From: Candidatus Odinarchaeia archaeon
GTDB taxonomy: Archaea; Asgardarchaeota; Odinarchaeia; Odinarchaeales; Odinarchaeaceae
Length of the DNA: 18,727 nt
Reading direction: 5' to 3'
Assembly (NCBI GenBank): GCA_029856525.1
Contig: JAHQXC010000020.1
Coordinates: 1 to 18,727 of the forward strand
Shown: positions 1 through 7,268 of the stretch, in pieces
Numbering within the stretch: position 1 is the first letter of the stretch
Layout of the letters: every line of letters begins with the position of its first letter
Position numbers and translations under genes: made by a program
The notes under the pieces: generated by a model
Databases searched by the model: none
Told to the model about the DNA's origin: nothing
What the model saw: only the letters and a program-made list of their open reading frames with translations

Positions 1-483
1 AAACTCTGTTATGTGGCCTTAGACCCTGAGAAAGAGCTGAAATTAGCACAGAAAGTCAGTGAAATGGAGAAAACCTATATGCTACCAGACGGAGCTCCTC
101 TAACAATAGGGGCTGAAAGATTCCTAGCACCGGAAGTCTTCTTCAACCCTGGAGTAATAGGGCTTGAAGCTCAACCTTTAGATGAAGTAATAGTGCAAAC
201 AATCGAAAAATGCGATGTAGATCTGAGACGCGATTTATACAGTAACATAGTCCTATCAGGCGGTTCAACAATGTTCCCAGGGTTAAAGGAAAGGCTAACC
301 AAAGAAATTAAAGAAATGATCCCGGAGTCAGTGGATGTGAAAATAATAGCTCCGCCTGAGAGAATGTACTCGGTGTGGATCGGTGGTAGCATACTAGCCT
401 CACTGAAAACATTCCAGAAACTATGGGTAACTAGAAAAGAGTATCAGGATGCGGGGGCTGGTATAATACACCGCTGCTTCTAA
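1..483 (+). CDS. Actin (Asgard actin / Lokiactin-like), C-terminal part; gene starts left of the window
   Basis: Frame is open from base 1 (KLCYVALD...). The motifs PDG-x-x-x-TIGAERF, [39 protein letters not shown] and the C-terminal HRCF closely match eukaryotic actin ([50 protein letters not shown]). Confidence 0.97.
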   Translation, partial: KLCYVALDPEKELKLAQKVSEMEKTYMLPDGAPLTIGAERFLAPEVFFNPGVIGLEAQPLDEVIVQTIEKCDVDLRRDLYSNIVLSGGSTMFPGLKERLTKEIKEMIPESVDVKIIAPPERMYSVWIGGSILASLKTFQKLWVTRKEYQDAGAGIIHRCF

Positions 484-509
484 AAAGCGGAATAACTCGA
501 TTCAAAATC

Positions 510-530
510 TTCCTCTATTTTTTAATTTTT
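510..530 (+). terminator. T-rich archaeal-type terminator downstream of actin
   Basis: Oligo-T tracts (ctctattttttaattttt) start about 30 nt after the actin stop codon. Confidence 0.4.
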
Positions 531-779
531 AACTGAGATCTAATTCAGAATTTTGTTTATTATAGATGAATGGCTGAAGCTGTTAATCTTCTATGCTAAT
601 ATTTTGAACGCTGAAATAATATCTATTTCACCATATTTATGAACAGGGTCTTCTGAAGGCTTTCAAAGCTTTCAAATTATAAAACAGGTTTCGAGAAAAA
701 TAGGATTACTAATTTTCACCTTCACTTTTGAACACCTAGATTTAAGCCCGCGTTTTATTCACTGTAATAGTGAAAAAAA

Positions 780-1571
780 TTATAGCCGGGTTGCTGATAT
801 TTTAAGATTTCCGTCCACTGTTAGAAGCGTATTGTTCTCTATAGGCGTCCAGTTTTCTTCACTTGTCAGTTTTTCAGAGCATATTATTATCGCTTTCTCC
901 TCGTTTAGCAGCTTTGAAAGAATAAGCTGGCGGGTTTGCTTAGATTTATATTCAAACATCTCTCCGCGCTCAGGGTCGCGTGAAAGATAGTAGAGCGAAT
1001 AATAATCCGGGTTTACGCGCGCCTTCCTTAAAGCGTATAATTTCGATCCGTCTGTTAACAGAAAGTTTAAGCTAGTGTAACTTAAACACTCCTCTATAAA
1101 TTTTAAACCCGCTTTTAAACCATCGATGACTCCGTTTAACTCTATGTTTTGCATCAGCCAGATAAATAATGTTTCAGAATCAGTCTCCCCTTGAATAAGC
1201 TGCATGTACTCTGGGGTGATAGCTTTTCTAAGACTCTCGATATTATCAATAATGCTGCCGTTATGAGCGAACAGCCAGTTCTTATACTGGAATGGATGAG
1301 AGTTCTCAAATCTGCGACTGCCACTAGTAGCCTTTCTAACATGGGAGATTATAATATTTGATATACAGTATTTTGAAATCTCTTCTATCTTCGAGCTTTT
1401 ATCTATCCGCTGCGGTTCTTTGAATACTTTACTTATTTTATTCTCATAGTAGCCGATCCCCCAGCCGTCACGATTTTCAGACCCTAGATCTTTAAAAGGC
1501 TTATCGGCTTTTAAAAAACTGAACTCAACATCTACAGGTTTATTCGCGATTAAACCGAATAGTCTACACAA
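780..1571 (-). CDS. Class II glutamine amidotransferase, YafJ/EgtC/DUG3-like (Ntn hydrolase)
   Basis: N-terminal MCRLFG with Cys2 nucleophile, N-x-DGWGIGYY, SHVRKAT, NSHPF, FAHNG and GETDSE motifs. TTG start preceded by GGAGG. Confidence 0.9.
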   Translation of the reverse strand: MCRLFGLIANKPVDVEFSFLKADKPFKDLGSENRDGWGIGYYENKISKVFKEPQRIDKSSKIEEISKYCISNIIISHVRKATSGSRRFENSHPFQYKNWLFAHNGSIIDNIESLRKAITPEYMQLIQGETDSETLFIWLMQNIELNGVIDGLKAGLKFIEECLSYTSLNFLLTDGSKLYALRKARVNPDYYSLYYLSRDPERGEMFEYKSKQTRQLILSKLLNEEKAIIICSEKLTSEENWTPIENNTLLTVDGNLKISATRL

Positions 1572-1623
1572 TTTTAACCGTCTCCTCCACTAATTTTATA
1601 TTTTAATAAGATAGAGTTTAATA

Positions 1624-1750
1624 CTCGCTGCGGTTAAAATCCAGTCTTCAAGCCACCTTAAGAAGACCCGGTTATACCGATTTCAAATCACCGCGAGGTA
1701 AAAGGTGTCTTCTCCACAGGCTTCTCAGACGGCTTAGCATCGCATCCTTA
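1624..1750. ncRNA. Candidate structured non-coding RNA or long 5' leader (unassigned)
   Basis: About 49% GC by hand count inside AT-rich flanks, with no credible ORF. Nested helices: CTCGC/GCGAG, GGT/ACC, GTCTTC/GAAGAC, CGGT/ACCG and GATT/AATC. A TTTATAAA box lies at 1772-1779. Confidence 0.35.
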
Positions 1751-1799
1751 CTATTATATTGGAGCTCTATCTTTATAAAGACTGTCAGCTTTCACCCGG

Positions 1800-2840
1800 C
1801 TAAGTCGAATATTCTGTTATAAAAATGTTAGAATCTTTTTGCAGGATTCTTTTAATAACTGGCAGTGTAATTTTTTCTTCATGCCTTGTCATTACTGGGA
1901 AACCATAATTGCGGTTAAAGTATTTCAGCGGGCCGTGTACTTCAATATATTTTTGGATGAAATCGACGTGTCTGCGCAGTCTCTCCTTAATATAATCGTT
2001 CAGTAGGCTAGTGGAGGATAATATTTTTTTAATTATATGGTTTCTAAAACAGGGATCTAATTCAACCCCTATACTGTTACGCTGAGATGCTATAGCGGCT
2101 AATATCGTTGTCCCGGTTCCGAGGAAAGGGTCTAAAACAGTGTCGTTTTTAACAGAGAACATGTTTATTAAACGGTAGGCTAACTCGAAAGGATAGGCTG
2201 CGCTTCTACTTCTAAGCTCCCCGCCGCTTAAATTTTGTTTAACACCTTTAAGATCCATCCAGATGTCTGAAAACCAGTTGTTACGCTCCTCCCAGAAGAA
2301 AGCGCTTTCAACACGGTTTAACTTCTCATCAACTGATTTGAATTCACGTTTCCCGGTTTTCTTGAATATGAGAATGTATTCATGCTCTAAGGTCACGTAA
2401 GCGGTTGGAGGTAGCATACCTGAACCCATAAACTTGTTAGGCGCGTTTGACTGTTTACGCCATATAATAGACGGTAAAGCTTTAAACCCTAAGCTTAAAC
2501 ATGAGGATGTGATTCTAGAATGTGATGGAAATAGTTGGAATACGCCGTTTACGGTTCTAGTCGCATCCCCGATTACAATGCACGCTAAACCCCCCGGTTT
2601 TAAAACACGGTGGCATTCACTCCAAACCTTATCTAGTTCTTTATGCATTAACTCGAATACTAAACCGTCATCCCCGGCTTTAATAAGATTTGAAATCTCA
2701 GCGTTTAAAGACGCGAATAAACTATCCCACATATCAATCATAGGGTAAGGCGGCGAGGTTACAATTAAATCTACAGAGTTACTGTCAATATTACTTAGAT
2801 TCCGTGAATCCTGAAATAATAAGCTGTGAGCTGTCTCCAT
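1800..2840 (-). CDS. Site-specific DNA methyltransferase, N4-C/N6-A, beta class; apparently orphan
   Basis: Catalytic motif IV (DLIVTSPPY) lies N-terminal to the SAM-binding motif I (VLDPFLGTGTT), followed by SIGVELD. Also IIWRK and HEYILIFKK motifs. Confidence 0.9.
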   Translation of the reverse strand: METAHSLLFQDSRNLSNIDSNSVDLIVTSPPYPMIDMWDSLFASLNAEISNLIKAGDDGLVFELMHKELDKVWSECHRVLKPGGLACIVIGDATRTVNGVFQLFPSHSRITSSCLSLGFKALPSIIWRKQSNAPNKFMGSGMLPPTAYVTLEHEYILIFKKTGKREFKSVDEKLNRVESAFFWEERNNWFSDIWMDLKGVKQNLSGGELRSRSAAYPFELAYRLINMFSVKNDTVLDPFLGTGTTILAAIASQRNSIGVELDPCFRNHIIKKILSSTSLLNDYIKERLRRHVDFIQKYIEVHGPLKYFNRNYGFPVMTRHEEKITLPVIKRILQKDSNIFITEYST

Positions 2841-3013
2841 TCTAAAACCACTCGTTAAATCTTTAAGTTAAAAAATCTTTTTGAATAAGTCTAATACGTT
2901 TACATCTAGCATTAGAAACACCTGCTATCAGTATTTAATTTTTAACCATATATTATGATATCTACCCTAACTAATATATGCTGATTTAACACCAATAATA
3001 TTAAGGTGGGGTT

Positions 3014-3352
3014 ATGCTAATTCTATTCGGGGAGGATGTAATTAATTTCATTAAAAGCAGGCTTCCTTCATTAGATGAGAATCTTGTTGAAATAATTGTT
3101 TTCGGAAGCTTCGCTCGCGGAGATTACACTCCGCAAAGCGACATCGACTTATTGTTAATCACTAAAAATATTAAAGTAACGGAAAAAATTTTCTCAGATT
3201 TAAGAATAAACATACTGCTGAATTTTGAAATCGCTGTCTCCGCTATATATTATACGCCTGAGGAATTCGAGAAATTATTCGAGAAAGGTGATCCGTTAAT
3301 AAACACGATTTTAAAGGAGGGTAAAACAGTTTGGAGAAGAAGAGCAACCTAG
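3014..3352 (+). CDS. Minimal nucleotidyltransferase (MNT, MntA-like antitoxin)
   Basis: VFGSFARGD...SDIDLL Pol-beta NTase motif, 112 aa, overlaps the downstream HEPN gene. Confidence 0.9.
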   Translation: MLILFGEDVINFIKSRLPSLDENLVEIIVFGSFARGDYTPQSDIDLLLITKNIKVTEKIFSDLRINILLNFEIAVSAIYYTPEEFEKLFEKGDPLINTILKEGKTVWRRRAT

Positions 3353-3738
3353 TGGAGATATCGTTTACTCTACTAGAGAAAGCTGAGAGAAAACTCAGAA
3401 GCAGCAAAATACTTTTAGAACATGATCTTATCGAGGATTCTGTGAGCAGAGCCTACTATGGCGCTTTTTTAGCTGCTAAAGCAGCTTTACTTATTATAGG
3501 AGAGGACCCTAAAACGCATCAGGGTACTTTGACGTTATTCGGGCTGAAACTAGTTAAAAAAGGTTTACTGCCTGAAATACTGGGGAGATATTTATCCGAT
3601 TTACTAGAAAAAAGACAGGCTGCGGATTACGCTGCTATAACATATCTTTCAAGAGAAGACGCTCAAGAGTTGATATTTAAAGCTGAGAAAATTATTCAAG
3701 AAATAACTAAATTTCTTAACTTGAACATAAAAAAGTAA
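3331..3738 (+). CDS. HEPN domain protein (UPF0332/COG1895-type), partner of the MNT
   Basis: SRAYYGAFLAAKA, KTH-x-G and RQ-x-ADY motifs. TTG start with AAGGAGG about 10 nt upstream; 22-nt overlap with the MNT gene. Confidence 0.88.
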   Translation: MEKKSNLVEISFTLLEKAERKLRSSKILLEHDLIEDSVSRAYYGAFLAAKAALLIIGEDPKTHQGTLTLFGLKLVKKGLLPEILGRYLSDLLEKRQAADYAAITYLSREDAQELIFKAEKIIQEITKFLNLNIKK

Positions 3739-3872
3739 ATATTACAGAATTTCTAACAATATTCTTTAGCCTATACTCGTCAGGGAATCGCCTTCAGATT
3801 ATCATTTAGCTTAAAAGTTAAATATTTTTAAATAGTTGATTTCTTAGTTTAGAGTAATTAGTGTAAGCGATT

Positions 3873-3985
3873 GGGCGGGTAGTCTAGTTTGGCTATAGGT
3901 TTAACCGGCTAGGATTCCGGTTTCGGGAACCGGAGGTCAGGGGTTCAAAAGTATATTTATACTGAAAATCCCTTCCCGCCCACCA
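3873..3985 (+). tRNA. tRNA-Pro(CGG) with encoded CCA and two non-canonical introns (about 3897-3912 and 3950-3968)
   Basis: Acceptor stem GGGCGGG (3873-3879) / CCCGCCC (3975-3981), then A and CCA. Anticodon arm CCGGT-TTCGGGA-ACCGG with CGG at 3924-3926. T arm AGGGG-TTCAAA[19 nt]T-CCCTT. Both insertions fold into bulge-helix-bulge-type motifs. Confidence 0.95.
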
Positions 3986-3990
3986 ATAAA

Positions 3991-5361
3991 TCACTTTGAA
4001 TGCTTGTTTAATATACCGCGGGCTGCTATTATACCTGTAGCGGCTGCTTGAACAAGCCCCCTTGAAAGGCCGACACCGTCGCCTGCTACGAATAGATCCT
4101 CGACGGTTGTCTCCAGGTTAGAGTCTACAGGAAACCTGTTAGCTGAGAATTTTATTTCAGGAGCGTATAATAATGTAGTCGGGCTGTCCACGCCGGGCAT
4201 AACGGCGTCTAATTTTTCAAGTCCCTCGGTTATATCCGTTAAAATTCGATGAGGAAGCGCCATAGCGATATCACCGGGTGTGACTGAAGTCATAGTAGGT
4301 TTAACGTTACTCCGCCTGATTCTCTCCCATGTGGAACGGTTACCGTGTTTCAGGTCGCCTAATCTTTGGAGTATAGGACGTTTGCCTCCAAGTATTGAAG
4401 CTTGATGAGCTATAGATAAAGCGTATGCTGTTGTATCCTCTAAAGGCTCTGTTAAAGCAACGCGGACTAGAAAAGCGAAGTTACTGTTAGATGATTTTTG
4501 TCCTACCATCGCATGGCCGTTAACGCCTACGAATCCGTCGTATACTTCTTCTACAACGAAGCCTCGATGGTTTACGCAGAAGGTTCTAACAAAGTCATCA
4601 TATGTATCGGTGTAAATATGGAATTTAGGGTCACGCGCGATATTATAGATAGGCGCTAATACGACAGCTGGGATTTCCACTCTAACACCGACGTCGATCG
4701 GCATGTGACTGGTGTGGATGCCGAGGTTTTTACCCTGCTGCTTCATCCATTCAGCGCCAACTCTGCCAGGAGCGGCTAGAATATATTTACATGTTAATTG
4801 TTCACCTGATTTTAAAGTAACCTTGTGAGGTTCTATAGAGGTGACCTCGGTTTTCAGCATGAAGCGGACGCCTTTCTCGACAAGATAATTTTTCATATTC
4901 TTGATAACTTCAGGGGATTTATCTGTACCCATATGTCTTTGCGGGATTGGAACGAATTCTATTCCAACAGCTGCAGCCTTCCTGGAGAGCTCTTCAACAT
5001 CCTTAGGGCTGGGCTCGTATATTTCAGTCGGGGCTCCGAATGAAAGGAAGATATCGTCAACGTATTTTACAAGTTTATAGGCTTCCTCTTCGTCTCTTAC
5101 AAGGCTTGTAATATCCCCGCCTATATCCGGTCTCAGATTAAGCAGACCGCTAGATAGTGTTCCAGCTCCACCTACACCAGCCATTACATTACAGGGATTA
5201 CATTTAGTACACAAAGAGTATGTTGAAATAGGGCATTTCCTCTTATCAACATCGTAGCCGCGGTCTATTATAAGAGTTTTCAGATTAGAGTTTTTAGCCA
5301 GTTCATAAGCAGCGAACATTCCGGCAGGGCCCGCTCCGATAATAATAACATCATAATCCAA
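3991..5361 (-). CDS. NAD(P)/FAD-dependent oxidoreductase (COG2509-like uncharacterised FAD dehydrogenase)
   Basis: DVIIIGAGPAG Rossmann motif, GVGGAGTLS, RTFCVN, YAPEIKF and FVAGDGVGLSRGL motifs. Confidence 0.88.
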   Translation of the reverse strand: MDYDVIIIGAGPAGMFAAYELAKNSNLKTLIIDRGYDVDKRKCPISTYSLCTKCNPCNVMAGVGGAGTLSSGLLNLRPDIGGDITSLVRDEEEAYKLVKYVDDIFLSFGAPTEIYEPSPKDVEELSRKAAAVGIEFVPIPQRHMGTDKSPEVIKNMKNYLVEKGVRFMLKTEVTSIEPHKVTLKSGEQLTCKYILAAPGRVGAEWMKQQGKNLGIHTSHMPIDVGVRVEIPAVVLAPIYNIARDPKFHIYTDTYDDFVRTFCVNHRGFVVEEVYDGFVGVNGHAMVGQKSSNSNFAFLVRVALTEPLEDTTAYALSIAHQASILGGKRPILQRLGDLKHGNRSTWERIRRSNVKPTMTSVTPGDIAMALPHRILTDITEGLEKLDAVMPGVDSPTTLLYAPEIKFSANRFPVDSNLETTVEDLFVAGDGVGLSRGLVQAAATGIIAARGILNKHSK

Positions 5362-5498
5362 AAGCCCATCACCTATTAATCATGTAAAAGAGAAAACCAT
5401 TAAGTATTTAATAGATTAAAATATAAACTTTACTTTTTCAACTTTTAACATGGATTCTCCGCTAAACCAGGTATATCTATAAATGCTTAGATAGTATT

Positions 5499-5535
5499 TG
5501 ATGAATAGGGGCTTAACTGAAAACGACTCTTTTTT
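5499..5535 (+). ncRNA. Candidate box C/D guide sRNA (one clear C...D unit)
   Basis: Intergenic TGATGA (5499-5504), 12-nt spacer ATAGGGGCTTAA, CTGA (5517-5520), then a T tract. A TATA-like sequence lies at about 5472-5484. Confidence 0.4.
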
Positions 5536-5687
5536 ATAAAAATAAAAGTGAAGAGAAAAATACTTGAAGCTTTAAAGTTAAGTAGGCAAAAATATAGGTT
5601 ATTTAAATATTCTCTATATAAGAATAGATTAGATTGGATGCTTTCAGTTTAATCTAAAGTGAAGCCTATGTTCTTTAAGGTGGTCTC

Positions 5688-6086
5688 ATGAGCGGTGAAT
5701 GTGAGAGATATTTCGCGGAGCTGGCTCAGAGAAAGGTTTTAACCGGGCGGATGCTTAAATTTTTCTCAGAGAACTTCGGTGAAAGATTCTGGAAGGCTCT
5801 TAAAGCGGTAGCTGATGGATTAATAAAAAAATATGTTTTCACACCTAGTAACAGAGTTGAATGGGTGATAGTAGGTAAAAAAAGAGATTATTTAATTGTC
5901 TCAGAGCTTTACTGTGGATGTGAGGATTTCTATATAAACGTGGTTTTAAGAAAAAACACGTTAATCTGCTATCACCTGCTTGCTAGAAAACTGGCTGAAG
6001 CGTTAGACTGCTTCGAGGAGATTAGAGTTGAAGACGATAAGTACGAAAAATTTATGTGCGAGTGGAGAGAGATTGAAGATAGTTGA
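5688..6086 (+). CDS. SWIM zinc-finger protein (archaeal COG5431-like)
   Basis: YCGCEDFY...ICYHLLA gives CxC-x(n)-CxH; GGTGG Shine-Dalgarno before the ATG. Confidence 0.8.
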   Translation: MSGECERYFAELAQRKVLTGRMLKFFSENFGERFWKALKAVADGLIKKYVFTPSNRVEWVIVGKKRDYLIVSELYCGCEDFYINVVLRKNTLICYHLLARKLAEALDCFEEIRVEDDKYEKFMCEWREIEDS

Positions 6087-6095
6087 GTGGTGGAT

Positions 6096-6200
6096 ATGAT
6101 CCCGCTTAATGTAGTACAGGATATAGTGGTAGGTTTAGGTGTTGTATTGATAATTTTACTATTAGTCTACCTTGTTCTAGCTAGAAAAGAAGAAGAATAA
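6096..6200 (+). CDS. 34-aa single-pass membrane microprotein (not in the ORF track)
   Basis: Hand translation MIPLNVVQDIVVGLGVVLIILLLVYLVLARKEEE*. One hydrophobic helix with a charged tail; GTGGTGG upstream; fills the gap between the SWIM gene and mptA. Confidence 0.65.
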   Translation: MIPLNVVQDIVVGLGVVLIILLLVYLVLARKEEE

Positions 6201-6209
6201 ATGATACTC

Positions 6210-7154
6210 TTATACTTGGTTAAAAGCCTCTCTCAACTTATTAAAAGTAGTCTTATTCTCGCACACGAGATTATATTTGTGAATGCTCTCCTCGCTTTCA
6301 ACTCTGATGTGAATAATAAAATCATCCGGCATATACGGGAAGCGTTTAACTAAATTATAGGATATCTCTCTTAAAACGTCTTCAACGAACATAGCTCGGC
6401 TGGCCGCCTTCTTAATTAGGTGAAGCTCATCCTCTCTTTTCAGTATAGAGAAGGTTGCAGCACTCGGAGATGAAATTAAGATCTCAATTAAATCATCTAG
6501 ATCAATATGCGCTTTATTAGATGTCTCTATGAGAGCGTAAACCCTACACCTCTGGTTATGGGAGGCTAGAGGAGTGGTTTCAACGATGCGGCGGGTTAAA
6601 TCTTCGTTTAAGTTAAACTCGTTTAAAAGGCGGGAGCGAAACTCCTCTCTCAAACCCTCCATTAAACAGGGGCAGTATGTTAATCCTACTATTTCCGCGC
6701 CGATGAAGCGTCTGCCTTTCACTCCGCTCTCTAATCTTTCCGCTGAAGCTGAAGCGTAAATCTTACAATACTCATCTGACACGTTATCTGTCAGAGGCGC
6801 GCGGCGGGAAATATAATAGTCTGAGCTTAAATAAACCTCTGCTAGTGTTGAGTATTCGTGTTTTTTTAGAAGAGCTGTAGCTATCTTGAAACAGAATCCT
6901 TCAAGATAGCGGACAGGTTTATTCTTAAAATCAGCTAAAACATCGTAAATCGAAGTTAAACTTCTAGATATATGCGCGCCCTTCATATAGAAAGGGAGAT
7001 TAACATAGAGATTTATAGAAGGGTAAAGAACGTTAATCGCGCCTATCCTCTTCGTTTTTAATATCAGCCGAATTGATTCCGCGCCAACCCTATTAATATC
7101 TGTTTTAAATTTAGGTGAAGCGTCGTGGATATCCAAGACAACACCACCTCTCAA
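6210..7154 (-). CDS. mptA: GTP cyclohydrolase MptA / FolE2 family
   Basis: INRVG, KGAHISR, TYCPC, SHNQR, LKREDE, FVED and ESEESIH motifs. The real start may be the TTG at 7136 (after GAGGTG). Confidence 0.88.
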   Translation of the reverse strand: MRGGVVLDIHDASPKFKTDINRVGAESIRLILKTKRIGAINVLYPSINLYVNLPFYMKGAHISRSLTSIYDVLADFKNKPVRYLEGFCFKIATALLKKHEYSTLAEVYLSSDYYISRRAPLTDNVSDEYCKIYASASAERLESGVKGRRFIGAEIVGLTYCPCLMEGLREEFRSRLLNEFNLNEDLTRRIVETTPLASHNQRCRVYALIETSNKAHIDLDDLIEILISSPSAATFSILKREDELHLIKKAASRAMFVEDVLREISYNLVKRFPYMPDDFIIHIRVESEESIHKYNLVCENKTTFNKLREAFNQV

Positions 7155-7268
7155 TAATATGAAAAATAGGCTAATACTCTTACTTAATAAAGATATAGAG
7201 TTAAATATTAATATCCGTTTAACTTTAATATTTGATGTGGAAGATAACCTGTAATTTTAAATAATGAA

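Noticed and set aside
560-660. C/D-like fragments (AGATGA-ATGG-CTGA; ATGAA-9 nt-CTGA) downstream of actin
   Set aside because: The boxes are degenerate, there is no supporting stem and the region is AT-rich, so this is consistent with chance.
1624-1697. tRNA-Sec or another tRNA, suggested by the cloverleaf-like fold and TTTCAAA (UCA) loop at 1681-1687
   Set aside because: The anticodon stem has only 2 extra pairs, and there is no T-loop consensus, proper acceptor stem or CCA in either orientation.
1625-1750. TPP riboswitch, suggested by GGATGC...CTGAGA on the minus strand
   Set aside because: The phosphate-sensing half (ACCTGAT...TAAT...GCGTAGG) is absent.
1800-3985. MTase plus MNT-HEPN as an island integrated at tRNA-Pro
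   Set aside because: These genes are on the 5' side of the tRNA, and no duplicated tRNA 3' end is present anywhere in the window.
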